The notes beneath the pieces were generated by a model. The model was not told where the DNA came from. It saw only the letters and a list, made by a program, of their open reading frames with translations, and searched no databases. Below are positions 10,365 through 20,129 of a stretch of 39,862 bases of DNA, piece by piece. Positions within the stretch are counted from its first letter, which is position 1. Every line of letters starts with the position of its first letter. The position numbers were made by a program, and so were the translations under genes. This DNA comes from an uncultured Pelotomaculum sp. (GTDB lineage Bacteria > Bacillota > Desulfotomaculia > Desulfotomaculales > Pelotomaculaceae), in contig CAZJGV010000004.1 in the NCBI GenBank assembly GCA_964545615.1, positions 1 to 39,862 of the forward strand, in the 5' to 3' direction.

Positions 10365-11477
10365 GTGGTTGGTATGAATAGATTTTTTCAAAAAATCATT
10401 ACTCGGCTGCCAAAAGAAAATAAAGATGAGTTTTTACGTGATATATACAGAGAGAACCTGTTGAGATTGACTGTCTCAGCGATAGTACTGATAGTTGCAG
10501 AAACAGTGATAGCCTGCTTTTTGGGAGATGATATATGTAATGCGGATGGCGCGGTAATTGCATTCATTCTGTTTAATGTGATAATGCTGCCAATCTTATA
10601 TATGGTTTACAAGAGAATTAATGCGGCCAGGGAGATTGTTGTTAAGAATGTCCAGCGTATATATCTGTTTGTAACTCTTATTTATGGTTGCGCTTTGGCG
10701 CTTATTCCTCAGAGGGAGTTTGAATCAATACATGTTTATATAATAATTGTGTTTGCTATAGCGGCATTTATTTATATGCAACCATTAGAGAGTCTTATAA
10801 TGTACTTTTTAGTATATTGGGTTTTTTACCTGGCCTTGCCATATTATCAGTTAAATACACATATAAGAACAATTTTAACGGTCAATGCGCTTATGATGAA
10901 TATTATAGCTTGGATTTTAAGCAGAATGGTGTTTAGGATGAGGGTTAATTCATTTATTGATAAGAAAATAATTCTGAAAAAAAACATTCAACTAAAAGAC
11001 CTGTCGATCCGTGACTCCATGACTATGTTATTAAACTATAAGCATATATATGAAAAGCTTGATGAAGAGGTTGAACGGGCCAAACGTATCGGATATCCCC
11101 TGTCGATTATTATGATGGATATTGACGATTTCAAATGTATCAATGATAACCATGGGCACTTAGCAGGCGACAGTATTATTATTAAAGTAGCAAAAATACT
11201 TGTTGATACGTGTAGAACTACAGATAGTGTCGGCAGATATGGCGGAGAAGAATTTATAATAATTATGCCGGGCACGGCTTTAAAAGATGCCGTGTTTTTA
11301 GCTGAACGTATTCGTGTGGCTGTTGAAACGGCTGAATTTGAAAAAGGTGTTAGTATTACTGTGAGCGGCGGTATCAGGGAGTTGCAAGACGATACTGCTG
11401 AAGAATTGATTAAAAAAGCGGATCAGCAACTCTATGCAGCTAAATCTAAAGGAAAAAACCGATTTGAAATGGGGTAG
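10365..11477 (+). CDS. Membrane-bound diguanylate cyclase (about 6 TM + GGDEF)
   Basis: Hydrophobic N-half; DIDDFK.IND.HGH..GD; RTTD I-site; RYGGEEF active site. Confidence 0.92.
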   Translation: MVGMNRFFQKIITRLPKENKDEFLRDIYRENLLRLTVSAIVLIVAETVIACFLGDDICNADGAVIAFILFNVIMLPILYMVYKRINAAREIVVKNVQRIYLFVTLIYGCALALIPQREFESIHVYIIIVFAIAAFIYMQPLESLIMYFLVYWVFYLALPYYQLNTHIRTILTVNALMMNIIAWILSRMVFRMRVNSFIDKKIILKKNIQLKDLSIRDSMTMLLNYKHIYEKLDEEVERAKRIGYPLSIIMMDIDDFKCINDNHGHLAGDSIIIKVAKILVDTCRTTDSVGRYGGEEFIIIMPGTALKDAVFLAERIRVAVETAEFEKGVSITVSGGIRELQDDTAEELIKKADQQLYAAKSKGKNRFEMG

Positions 11478-11486
11478 ATTATTTAT

Positions 11487-12530
11487 CTAAGCAACCGGCA
11501 GCAGTACTGTGACGGTGGTGCCCCCTGCGGGTTCACTCCGGATTTCAATGTGGCCGCCATGATTATCAATTATTTTTTTACTGATAAACATACCCAGGCC
11601 TGTGCCGCTTTCTTTGGTTGTAAAAAACGGGTTGAACATATTGGCCAAAGTCTGCTGGTCCATACCTTTACCCGTGTCTCTGATCACTACCCGTACGTTT
11701 CCTTGCTGTTCGTCCTTCGAAACCCGGAGGAAGACTTCCCCTCCTTCAGGGAGAGAGTCAAGAGCATTCCTGGTGATGTTCAAAAAAACCTGTTTTAACT
11801 GCCCGCCATCCGCATTAATCAGCGGCATGCCTTCCGATGTCTCCAGGTTGATGATCAACTTGCGGATAACCGCTTCGCATTCCACCAGCGCGACCACTTC
11901 TGTTATTAGCTGATTAATGGAACACTGCGCGCGTTTGCAGTAACCAGGCCTGGCCAACAGCAAAAAATCTGAAACAAACCTGTTAATGTTTTTCAGTTCT
12001 GCCGACATGATGGCTAAGTATTCTTCCTTGGGACTTCCCTCCAGGTGTTGTTGTAATAGTTGTAAAAAACCATAGACAGCTGTAAGCGGGTTCCTGATTT
12101 CGTGGATCATTTCTGTTGCCAGCTGTCCTAAAATGGCCAACTTTTCCACTTTTACAAGCGTGTTTTCCAACTCCTGCTGCCGTTTCGCAGGTGTGAACAT
12201 GGCTATGGCGCCTACCGTGACACCGCTATGGTCTCTGATGGCATATATGTTTGTCACTAAATTGCTTGAGGCCTTAACAGGAATTACAGATTCGGGGTTC
12301 AGGTTTTTAAACTCCTTGCCTGTAGCAAGTGTTTGCAGCAGTTTATTGAACCTCTGTCCGTTTAATAAATTGAGGAATGATTTTCCTAAAACGCGATCAT
12401 AATTTAAACCGGTCAATGTTGCTAGTGAACGGTTGAATATTCTAACACGGCCTTCCCGGTCAACGGCTATTATTCCCACCGGCAGGTGATCTACAGCCAG
12501 GCGGGACCAGTCTTCCAAAAGTTCTACCAC
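11487..12530 (-). CDS. Cytoplasmic PAS-domain histidine kinase (NtrB/AtoS-like)
   Basis: PAS (LPVGIIAVD..G....FN), HEIRNPL, QVFLNITRNA, FFTTK..GTGLG; RBS GGGAGG before GTG. Confidence 0.92.
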   Translation of the reverse strand: MVELLEDWSRLAVDHLPVGIIAVDREGRVRIFNRSLATLTGLNYDRVLGKSFLNLLNGQRFNKLLQTLATGKEFKNLNPESVIPVKASSNLVTNIYAIRDHSGVTVGAIAMFTPAKRQQELENTLVKVEKLAILGQLATEMIHEIRNPLTAVYGFLQLLQQHLEGSPKEEYLAIMSAELKNINRFVSDFLLLARPGYCKRAQCSINQLITEVVALVECEAVIRKLIINLETSEGMPLINADGGQLKQVFLNITRNALDSLPEGGEVFLRVSKDEQQGNVRVVIRDTGKGMDQQTLANMFNPFFTTKESGTGLGMFISKKIIDNHGGHIEIRSEPAGGTTVTVLLPVA

Positions 12531-12585
12531 AACGGATACCTCCCTATCAGGTACAGGAACTCGCCGTCAGGCTAATAAAAGGCGT

Positions 12586-12867
12586 TTAAGAGTTATTCTC
12601 GCAGTGTTCCTGAAGATAGCTGGTGATCAAGTCGGCGCTGCGCAGGCGGTAAATAGTCACCTTGCTGGTGCCGCCTATTTCCAGGATGCCTAGAGCGCTG
12701 AGGGCTTGAAGAGCCAGTTCCAGCTGTTGGCAGGGACGGTGCAGTCGGATGGCTAAACCGCCTGCCGTGTCCCGTGTATACGGGTTTGCTTGAAAAAAGG
12801 CAAGCAACTCAATCCGGATAACCGTTTGCAGGATTGAGTCCAAAACTTTATTGATTCTTTCCGCCAC
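12586..12867 (-). CDS. Small winged-helix-like protein (93 aa) in KaiC operon
   Basis: GTG at 12867 after GGAGGAGG; LLAFFQANP...TAGGLAIRL...LELALQALSALGILE resembles a wHTH. Confidence 0.7.
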   Translation of the reverse strand: MAERINKVLDSILQTVIRIELLAFFQANPYTRDTAGGLAIRLHRPCQQLELALQALSALGILEIGGTSKVTIYRLRSADLITSYLQEHCENNS

Positions 12868-13867
12868 GAGGCTCCTCCTCCCACAGGTTCTTTGGGAGGG
12901 GCATTGTGAGGAACTCACAGTAATTACCCTCTACGGATTGGCAGCTCATCTCTTCACAGATAATCTCTTTATCGAGCAAAATACTGAAGTAAGCCGCAAA
13001 TATTCCTCTTAGCAGGTCACAGGTAACCTGGGGTGAGCGGTAAAAACTGCCGTACTCTTTGACCACAGATACCTGGAAAGAATCATAACAGCGGATTTGA
13101 GCCCTGCCCTGGACCTGGTTAAAGAAAACCAACTCCACATTTCCCAGCCCGTCATTCTTGATCACTTCCAGAAGCAGCTGCAGGCACTCTTGCGGGTCGG
13201 GGTAAAGAATCCTGGTCTTGCGGGCCAGGTTCAGGGCCGATCGGAAGCCGGCGTCATAAAGAACGTGTTTTAGAGCATGAGGCGCATGTTCTTTTATCGA
13301 CATGAACAGGGAGGCGTATGTTTCCTGCGGCAGAAGGATTGCCCTTCTGCCTGCAACCTTCAGTTGGTGCTCTTCCCGGGTAACGATCTCCTCCTTGGGA
13401 TGGGTGGCGGGAAACAGCATGCCGCGGCACACTCCACGTTTATCTGTCTCCATCGAGGCGGAGTAATCTTTGCCAAGTAAGTGGCGCAAGACCGCCTGAA
13501 AAGAACTGAGGCGGGCACAGTAAAGAGGCAGGTCTTCCTGCGGCGCCCTCAGGCAGTAGTCCCGGTAGACACAGTTGTCGCGCTCAACCTGTACCAGCAA
13601 GCTGTCCCCGGAATCTTCCAGGCGGTAATCCCCGGCCTTTAGAAAGCCCTCTTTGTCCATGAAGTTGAGAAATGTACGGCAGGCCTCAGCGGGTTTCTTT
13701 GATTCAAAATGCAGTTCATCCAGTCGTTCGTCCAGGACATATTGCGCCGTGCTGATCATAAACTGCTCCAGCCAGTGATTGCCGCTGAAAGGAAGCTGTT
13801 TCATGGTTTTGCACATGCTCAATTGCATGAAGTTAATTAACTTTCTGGAAAACTCGTTAACTTTCAT
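12848..13867 (-). CDS. V4R-domain protein with an additional Cys-containing N-terminal V4R-like domain
   Basis: C-half: LYDAGFRS, GLGNVE, CDLLRGIFAA, EEMSCQSVEGNYCEF (V4R C/E/C/C pattern). N-half: CVYRDYC...YCAR. Confidence 0.8.
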   Translation of the reverse strand: MKVNEFSRKLINFMQLSMCKTMKQLPFSGNHWLEQFMISTAQYVLDERLDELHFESKKPAEACRTFLNFMDKEGFLKAGDYRLEDSGDSLLVQVERDNCVYRDYCLRAPQEDLPLYCARLSSFQAVLRHLLGKDYSASMETDKRGVCRGMLFPATHPKEEIVTREEHQLKVAGRRAILLPQETYASLFMSIKEHAPHALKHVLYDAGFRSALNLARKTRILYPDPQECLQLLLEVIKNDGLGNVELVFFNQVQGRAQIRCYDSFQVSVVKEYGSFYRSPQVTCDLLRGIFAAYFSILLDKEIICEEMSCQSVEGNYCEFLTMPLPKNLWEEEPRGGKNQ

Positions 13868-14583
13868 TCGTTTACCCCCATTTCAGCAGAAACCAGAATA
13901 CCATAGACTGGACTAATCGTAAAAGCGTGCCGGGAAGATACAAATTGCTGGCTTTTTACCTTGCCGATTTGCATCATGCGCATGGGGTTGTACCTGGATC
14001 CACTGAAATTCATTTTAAGAATAAAATTATAAAGGTGACCGCTTATGGTCATTAGTTTGGCATCCAGGACACCGCTCACAAATATGTCCATGGCCAGTAT
14101 CCCGCTTTTCCGGAGCCGCTTGATCCTGGTACGGTGAAAATCCAGGATATCAGCAGTATCGATCGAGGTGAAAAGGGTACTCAAGCTGTCTACCACCAGC
14201 CTTACTCTCCGGCCGGCGCAATTGCGCAGGATTTCTGTTTCCAGGGCAAAATACTTGTCCAGATTCCTGAGGTCGTTGAGCGCGTATTTCTCAACAGTTT
14301 CTCCTTCTTCGTAGGCGTCAACAAAAATCAACCTGCCTGCTTCTTCATAGGCAACCGTGCCAACTTTAAAGCTTAAAAGATGCTCGCGCATCGCCATGGG
14401 AGGTTCGTCGCAGGCCACATAGACGCAGGTGTCACCACAGCGCAGCCCTTCTTTAATAAATTCTCCCGCCAGCACGGTTTTGCCTATACCTGATTCCCCT
14501 TCCACCATAATCTGGGAACCATACATCAAACCTTTTTCCAGGTTCCGGTCTAAACCTTCAACGCCAAAATAGGCTCTGCTCAT
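13864..14583 (-). CDS. Single-domain KaiC/RAD55-family ATPase
   Basis: GVEGLD..L..G, Walker A GESGIGKT, Walker B RLVVDSLS; overlaps the next gene (GTGA). Confidence 0.88.
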   Translation of the reverse strand: MSRAYFGVEGLDRNLEKGLMYGSQIMVEGESGIGKTVLAGEFIKEGLRCGDTCVYVACDEPPMAMREHLLSFKVGTVAYEEAGRLIFVDAYEEGETVEKYALNDLRNLDKYFALETEILRNCAGRRVRLVVDSLSTLFTSIDTADILDFHRTRIKRLRKSGILAMDIFVSGVLDAKLMTISGHLYNFILKMNFSGSRYNPMRMMQIGKVKSQQFVSSRHAFTISPVYGILVSAEMGVNE

Positions 14584-14587
14584 AGCC

Positions 14588-15973
14588 CTAGCCTCCTAAC
14601 CGGGGGAATACCTGTACACCTGAATTGTTGATTTCGAGTAAATGATTGCCCATGGCATGGTTGACGCCACGCATCTTGTAGATTTCCAACTGCCTGACCC
14701 TGCGGTTCTTAAGCAGTACTGACTTGAGCAAGATGGTCCCCTGGACTACCGAGTGGATTACTTCCACTTTCCCGCTGTCAGCCAGTTCCCAGGCCGGGCT
14801 GATTAGCAGGTTGGTGCAATTGAGACTGTTCAGATAGGAGACCAGGCAGTAGAATTTTTCATGAAGTACGGCGGCATTATCTATCCGGGAGAAAAAACCG
14901 TAAATAGAATCAATAACCAGGCGGCGCGCTCCAAATGTTTTGGCCTTTTCACCCAACCAGATAATAGTCTCGTCAATTTCCATACTGGAAAGTGGTTTAT
15001 ACAGGACTTTTAGCAGGCCTTGTTCCTGCAGAGAGGATAGATCCCATTTGAAACGCAGGGAGTTGGTCATTAATTGTGAAGGGGTTTCCTCCATTGACAG
15101 AAAAACACCTTTCTCCCCGTAATCCATGGCGCCCCTGGCCAGGAACTGCAGGCCCAATACTGTTTTGCCGGTACCGGAACCACCTGCCACAGCCACACTG
15201 ACACCACGGGGCAGACCGCCCTGTAATAATTCATCCAGTCCGGATACGCCGGAACAAAGCAGATCGTTTTCTGGGCGTGCTTCACCATTAACATCGAAGC
15301 CGGCTATCAGGGCAAGGACCTTGATGCCATCATTAGTAATGCGGAAGGTATGCTTGCCGGGGATATGCTCTTGTCCCCTGGTCTTGCATATTTCAAGAAC
15401 GCGGTGGCGGCGCAGTCCCGGTCTATCCTTGTTTTCAAGTCGTATGATGGCGTCTACCACGTATTCCTCAAAAGCGTATTCCCGGCTGCTTTCGTTTTCC
15501 CGCTCTTTGACTAAAAAGGAGGTCAGCCCTAAACGTCGCAAGCCGTTGCAAAAACTATATATCACCCTGCGCATGGAAAGGTGTTCATTTAGTATGTTTC
15601 GAAAATGGCTGATGCTGTCCACCAGAATTCGCCTGGCTCCGACCTCGCCGGCAGCCTCCTCGAGCAGATTTACTTCCGTATCCGCCAGCACTTCGGGAGA
15701 AGTGCAAAGGATGCGAAGCTTATTCGCCTCTTCCAGAGCCCGGAGATCCCAGCCAAAGTTAAGGGCGTCACGATATATGGACTCGGGTAATTCTTCACAG
15801 GTAACTATTAATCCAGGCTCACCGAATTCGGTAATGCCCCGGTAGATAAACTCAATCCCCAGAGTGGTTTTACCCGCGCCGGGAATGCCTTCAATCAGGA
15901 CCGAGTTCCCACGAATAATACCACCGAGCAACAAATCATCAAAACCATCAATCCCCGTAGGTGTTTTTTCCAA
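14588..15973 (-). CDS. Double-domain KaiC-like ATPase
   Basis: Two RecA domains: GIPGAGKT/TCEE/VDSIS/KTRG and GGSGTGKT/SMEE/IDSIY/KMRG. Confidence 0.92.
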   Translation of the reverse strand: MEKTPTGIDGFDDLLLGGIIRGNSVLIEGIPGAGKTTLGIEFIYRGITEFGEPGLIVTCEELPESIYRDALNFGWDLRALEEANKLRILCTSPEVLADTEVNLLEEAAGEVGARRILVDSISHFRNILNEHLSMRRVIYSFCNGLRRLGLTSFLVKERENESSREYAFEEYVVDAIIRLENKDRPGLRRHRVLEICKTRGQEHIPGKHTFRITNDGIKVLALIAGFDVNGEARPENDLLCSGVSGLDELLQGGLPRGVSVAVAGGSGTGKTVLGLQFLARGAMDYGEKGVFLSMEETPSQLMTNSLRFKWDLSSLQEQGLLKVLYKPLSSMEIDETIIWLGEKAKTFGARRLVIDSIYGFFSRIDNAAVLHEKFYCLVSYLNSLNCTNLLISPAWELADSGKVEVIHSVVQGTILLKSVLLKNRRVRQLEIYKMRGVNHAMGNHLLEINNSGVQVFPRLGG

Positions 15974-16168
15974 ATGACTACCCCCCTTCTGGTAAATTAT
16001 GATTTATTTAGTTTTCTTTCAACACATTACCTTATTATTCCTTTGTTTAATTGGATAAATTTATCTTGTATTTGCAAATAAATTAATTATGGGGGGCGGA
16101 TGAACAAGGGCGGTCATTGTTATGCCTTGTAAGCGATAGGGGTGTTTACTTTAACTTGCGGGAAAAGA

Positions 16169-16201
16169 AGTGAGACAGGAGAACCGTCCTCCTGTCTCAC
16201 T
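16169..16201. repeat. REP-like palindrome AGTGAGACAGGAG-AACCGTC-CTCCTGTCTCACT; likely terminator of the gdhA transcript
   Basis: 13-bp perfect stem; on the minus strand followed by TCTTTT; same family as 288-319. Confidence 0.72.
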
Positions 16202-16209
16202 CTATTGTG

Positions 16210-16383
16210 TCAGATACCGTAAAAATATTTTACTTTATCAACCAGTTGCTGCAGGAGCATTTTTACTTCACGCAGTTCACTTTCAAGATCGTTTAGTTTC
16301 TGAAGGCACTTACTCGGGTTGCAGTTCTCAAATTGGGCGCATTCTAAACTGGGGTCAACATAAGCCCGGGGGCATTGATCCAT
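16210..16383 (-). CDS. Small Cys-rich, coiled-coil protein (57 aa), not in ORF track
   Basis: RBS AAGGGAGGTG just before ATG; MDQCPRAYVDPSLECAQFENCNPSKCLQKLNDLESELREVKMLLQQLVDKVKYFYGI*; followed by a terminator-like hairpin. Confidence 0.7.
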   Translation of the reverse strand: MDQCPRAYVDPSLECAQFENCNPSKCLQKLNDLESELREVKMLLQQLVDKVKYFYGI

Positions 16384-16431
16384 GACGCCACCTCCCTTGT
16401 AACTTCCTTATGGTTTTTTGTTTTGCTTAAA

Positions 16432-17808
<1,377 letters not shown>

Positions 17809-17815
17809 TCATAAA

Positions 17816-17883
17816 CTGGTTCGAAAAGGAGCAAAAGCTGAAGTTGTGCTGCCGATCTCAGTTTGAACCCCTTTTCGAACCAG
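17816..17883. other. Long hairpin in glnA-gdhA intergenic region
   Basis: CTGGTTCGAAAAGG (17816-17829) pairs perfectly with CCTTTTCGAACCAG (17870-17883); further imperfect pairing inside. Confidence 0.6.
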
Positions 17884-17934
17884 CACTTAAAGCGAAATAT
17901 TTTATTCACCTCCTGTTATATGAAGAATCAGTTA

Positions 17935-19269
17935 CTAGTAGCGGGAGAGGTACTCTTGCAGTTCCCAGGGGTGCACAAAGGCCTGGAATTTTTCCCACTC
18001 TTCACCCTTGGCTCTGGCAAACCGCCGGTAAATATATTCACCCAGTGTAGCCCTGACCAGCTGATCGGATGCCAGTTCCCGCAGGGCTTCTCCCAGGGTG
18101 TGAGGCAGGCAGGCAAACCGTGCGACCTGGCGCTGGTTGTCATTTGCTTGAAAAATGTTTTCGCCCAGCGGAGGTGGTTGTGGAAGTTTCTGCCGAATTC
18201 CCTCTAATCCCGCTTTCAAGATTACGGACAGAGCTAGATACGGGTTGCATGCCGGATCCGGATTGCGCACCTCTACCCGCGGTTCCTGACCGCGGTGAGC
18301 AACAACCCGGACCACTGAGTTGCGGCTCTCTTCCGACCAGGCTACATACACAGGCATGGTCAAATCACCAGGGACCAACCGCTTATAAGAGTTAATCAGT
18401 GGATTGGTAATGGCGGTATTAGCCCTGGCGTGGGCCAGAATTCCCGCGATAAAATGCCCGACCTCCTGGTCGACCGGCATAAGTTGCTCTTCATCGGTAA
18501 AGAGCCCGGAATCCCTGTGATGGAGGGACAGGTGCAGGTGTAAGGCCGATCCCGGTCTGCCGTTCAAAGGCTTAGGCATTAAGGAAGCGTGCAGTCCATG
18601 CCGCTGGGCAATGGTACGCACTATAAACTTGAAGGTTACCAGCTTGTCTGCAATAGCCAGGGCGTTATCAGGTTTCAATATAATTCCATGCTGGCCCGGC
18701 CCTTTTTCATGATGGCTGAAGCCGATATCGGTTCCCATTTCTTCCAGCGTCAGCACCATGTCCCGACGGGCATTTTCACCCAGGTCGACCGGGGTCAAGT
18801 CGCAATATCCGGCACGGTCATGAGTATTGGTGGTTGGGTTGCCGTTGTCATCGGTATAAAAAAGATAAAACTCCACCTCTGTCCCCACCCATACTTCAAA
18901 TCCCATGCGGGCGGCTTCATTCAGCACCTGTTTCAAAACGCTGCGCGAGCATCCGGGGTAGGGGGTCCCGTCCGGATTCGCCACATCACAGATGAAACGA
19001 GCCACAGCTTCCTCACGGGGGCGCCAGGGAAGCACCAAGAAGGTGGAAGGGTCAGGCTGGAGGACTATGTCCTGCTCCTGGTTGCTGACCACTCCATCAA
19101 CCACAGCGCTGTCGAAGGCAACCCTGCCGGTCATGGCTTGTTCCATATCCTCTGAGGTTACAGCGATATTTTTCAACGCGCCGAAAGTGTCGGTGAACTG
19201 CAAGCGGAGAAATTTTACTCGTTCCTCTCTGGCTTTTTCCAGGACGTCTTCACGGGTTAGCATTAGCAA
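17935..19269 (-). CDS. glnA: Type I glutamine synthetase-like protein with substituted active-site residues
   Basis: LRLQFTD..G.LKN, GTEVEFYLF, MPKP, INSYKRLVPG, RVEVR.PDPACNPYL; but HHEKGPGQHGI and LVPGDLTMP deviate from consensus. Confidence 0.85.
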   Translation of the reverse strand: MLMLTREDVLEKAREERVKFLRLQFTDTFGALKNIAVTSEDMEQAMTGRVAFDSAVVDGVVSNQEQDIVLQPDPSTFLVLPWRPREEAVARFICDVANPDGTPYPGCSRSVLKQVLNEAARMGFEVWVGTEVEFYLFYTDDNGNPTTNTHDRAGYCDLTPVDLGENARRDMVLTLEEMGTDIGFSHHEKGPGQHGIILKPDNALAIADKLVTFKFIVRTIAQRHGLHASLMPKPLNGRPGSALHLHLSLHHRDSGLFTDEEQLMPVDQEVGHFIAGILAHARANTAITNPLINSYKRLVPGDLTMPVYVAWSEESRNSVVRVVAHRGQEPRVEVRNPDPACNPYLALSVILKAGLEGIRQKLPQPPPLGENIFQANDNQRQVARFACLPHTLGEALRELASDQLVRATLGEYIYRRFARAKGEEWEKFQAFVHPWELQEYLSRY

Positions 19270-19385
19270 CCTCCCATATCCTCAAAATAGTTGTAGTATC
19301 TCTAGTTAGGTTAAATCTAATTGATCTGCCATAAAAAAATCATAATGAGAAGTACCATAAATATAAAAATTTCATAAAAATTCAC

Positions 19386-19411
19386 AAAAAAAATCTGCCT
19401 TGCTTGGCAGA
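19386..19411 (-). terminator. Intrinsic terminator after the two-component operon
   Basis: Minus strand TCTGCC-AAGCAA-GGCAGA followed by T8. Confidence 0.6.
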
Positions 19412-19430
19412 GTCTGCTGAATAATTATAT

Positions 19431-20129
19431 CTATTCTTCTAATGCCAGTTGGTAGCCAATACCATGTTTTCCAAGGATGTATTTAGGGTCGCCAGGATCA
19501 TCCTCAATTTTTTTGCGCAGGCTGCTGATGTAGTTTCTCAGGTAGTGCAGTTCGTTACGGTATTCAGGTCCCCATACCCGGGTTAATAAATCCTCGTGAG
19601 GAATTATCTTTCCCGCGTGACAGCCCAGGTGGTACAAGATCTGGTATTCAGTAGCGGTGAGCCGCACTTCTCTATTCCTGACAAAGACTCTTCTTTGGGC
19701 AAAATTGATCACTAAATCGCCAAATTTATAGGTAGGTCCCTTGGGAAATTCCTCCGAAGGATGGGTTCTTCTGAGAATCGCCTTTACCCGAAGCAGCAAT
19801 TCCTCAACGCTAAAGGGTTTGGTTATATAATCATCGGCCCCCGCGTCAAAACCACGTATCCGGTCCTGTTCGCGAGCCCTGCCCGTAAGCATAATGATCG
19901 GGATATCGGAGAATTCGCGGATTCTTTTGCACGCCTCAAACCCATTGAACGGGCCGGGCAGCATAATATCTAAAATCAGTAAATCATAGCCGGCGGATTC
20001 CAGCATTTCAATGGCAGTTTTCCCGTCAGAGGCTGTAGCCACTGCGTACCCACTGGCCAACAGGTTCACTTTAACTAATCGCACCAGGCGAGGTTCGTCA
20101 TCCACTATTAAAATCATTCTACGCTTCAT
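19431..20129 (-). CDS. OmpR/KdpE-family response regulator
   Basis: REC (VDDE, LDIMLP, ADDYITKPF) + wHTH (LTATEY, VWGPEY, YLRNYISSLRKKIEDDP, GIGY). Confidence 0.95.
   Translation of the reverse strand: MKRRMILIVDDEPRLVRLVKVNLLASGYAVATASDGKTAIEMLESAGYDLLILDIMLPGPFNGFEACKRIREFSDIPIIMLTGRAREQDRIRGFDAGADDYITKPFSVEELLLRVKAILRRTHPSEEFPKGPTYKFGDLVINFAQRRVFVRNREVRLTATEYQILYHLGCHAGKIIPHEDLLTRVWGPEYRNELHYLRNYISSLRKKIEDDPGDPKYILGKHGIGYQLALEE

Noticed and set aside
15126-15845. 239-aa plus-strand ORF and other antisense ORFs in the track (e.g. 18589..19155, 27153..27689, 34068..34808, 34672..35415)
   Set aside because: They are shadows of well-supported genes on the opposite strand and have no recognisable motifs.
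13864-15973. True circadian kaiABC clock
   Set aside because: No kaiA or kaiB in the window; CII ST phosphosites and the C-terminal tail are absent.
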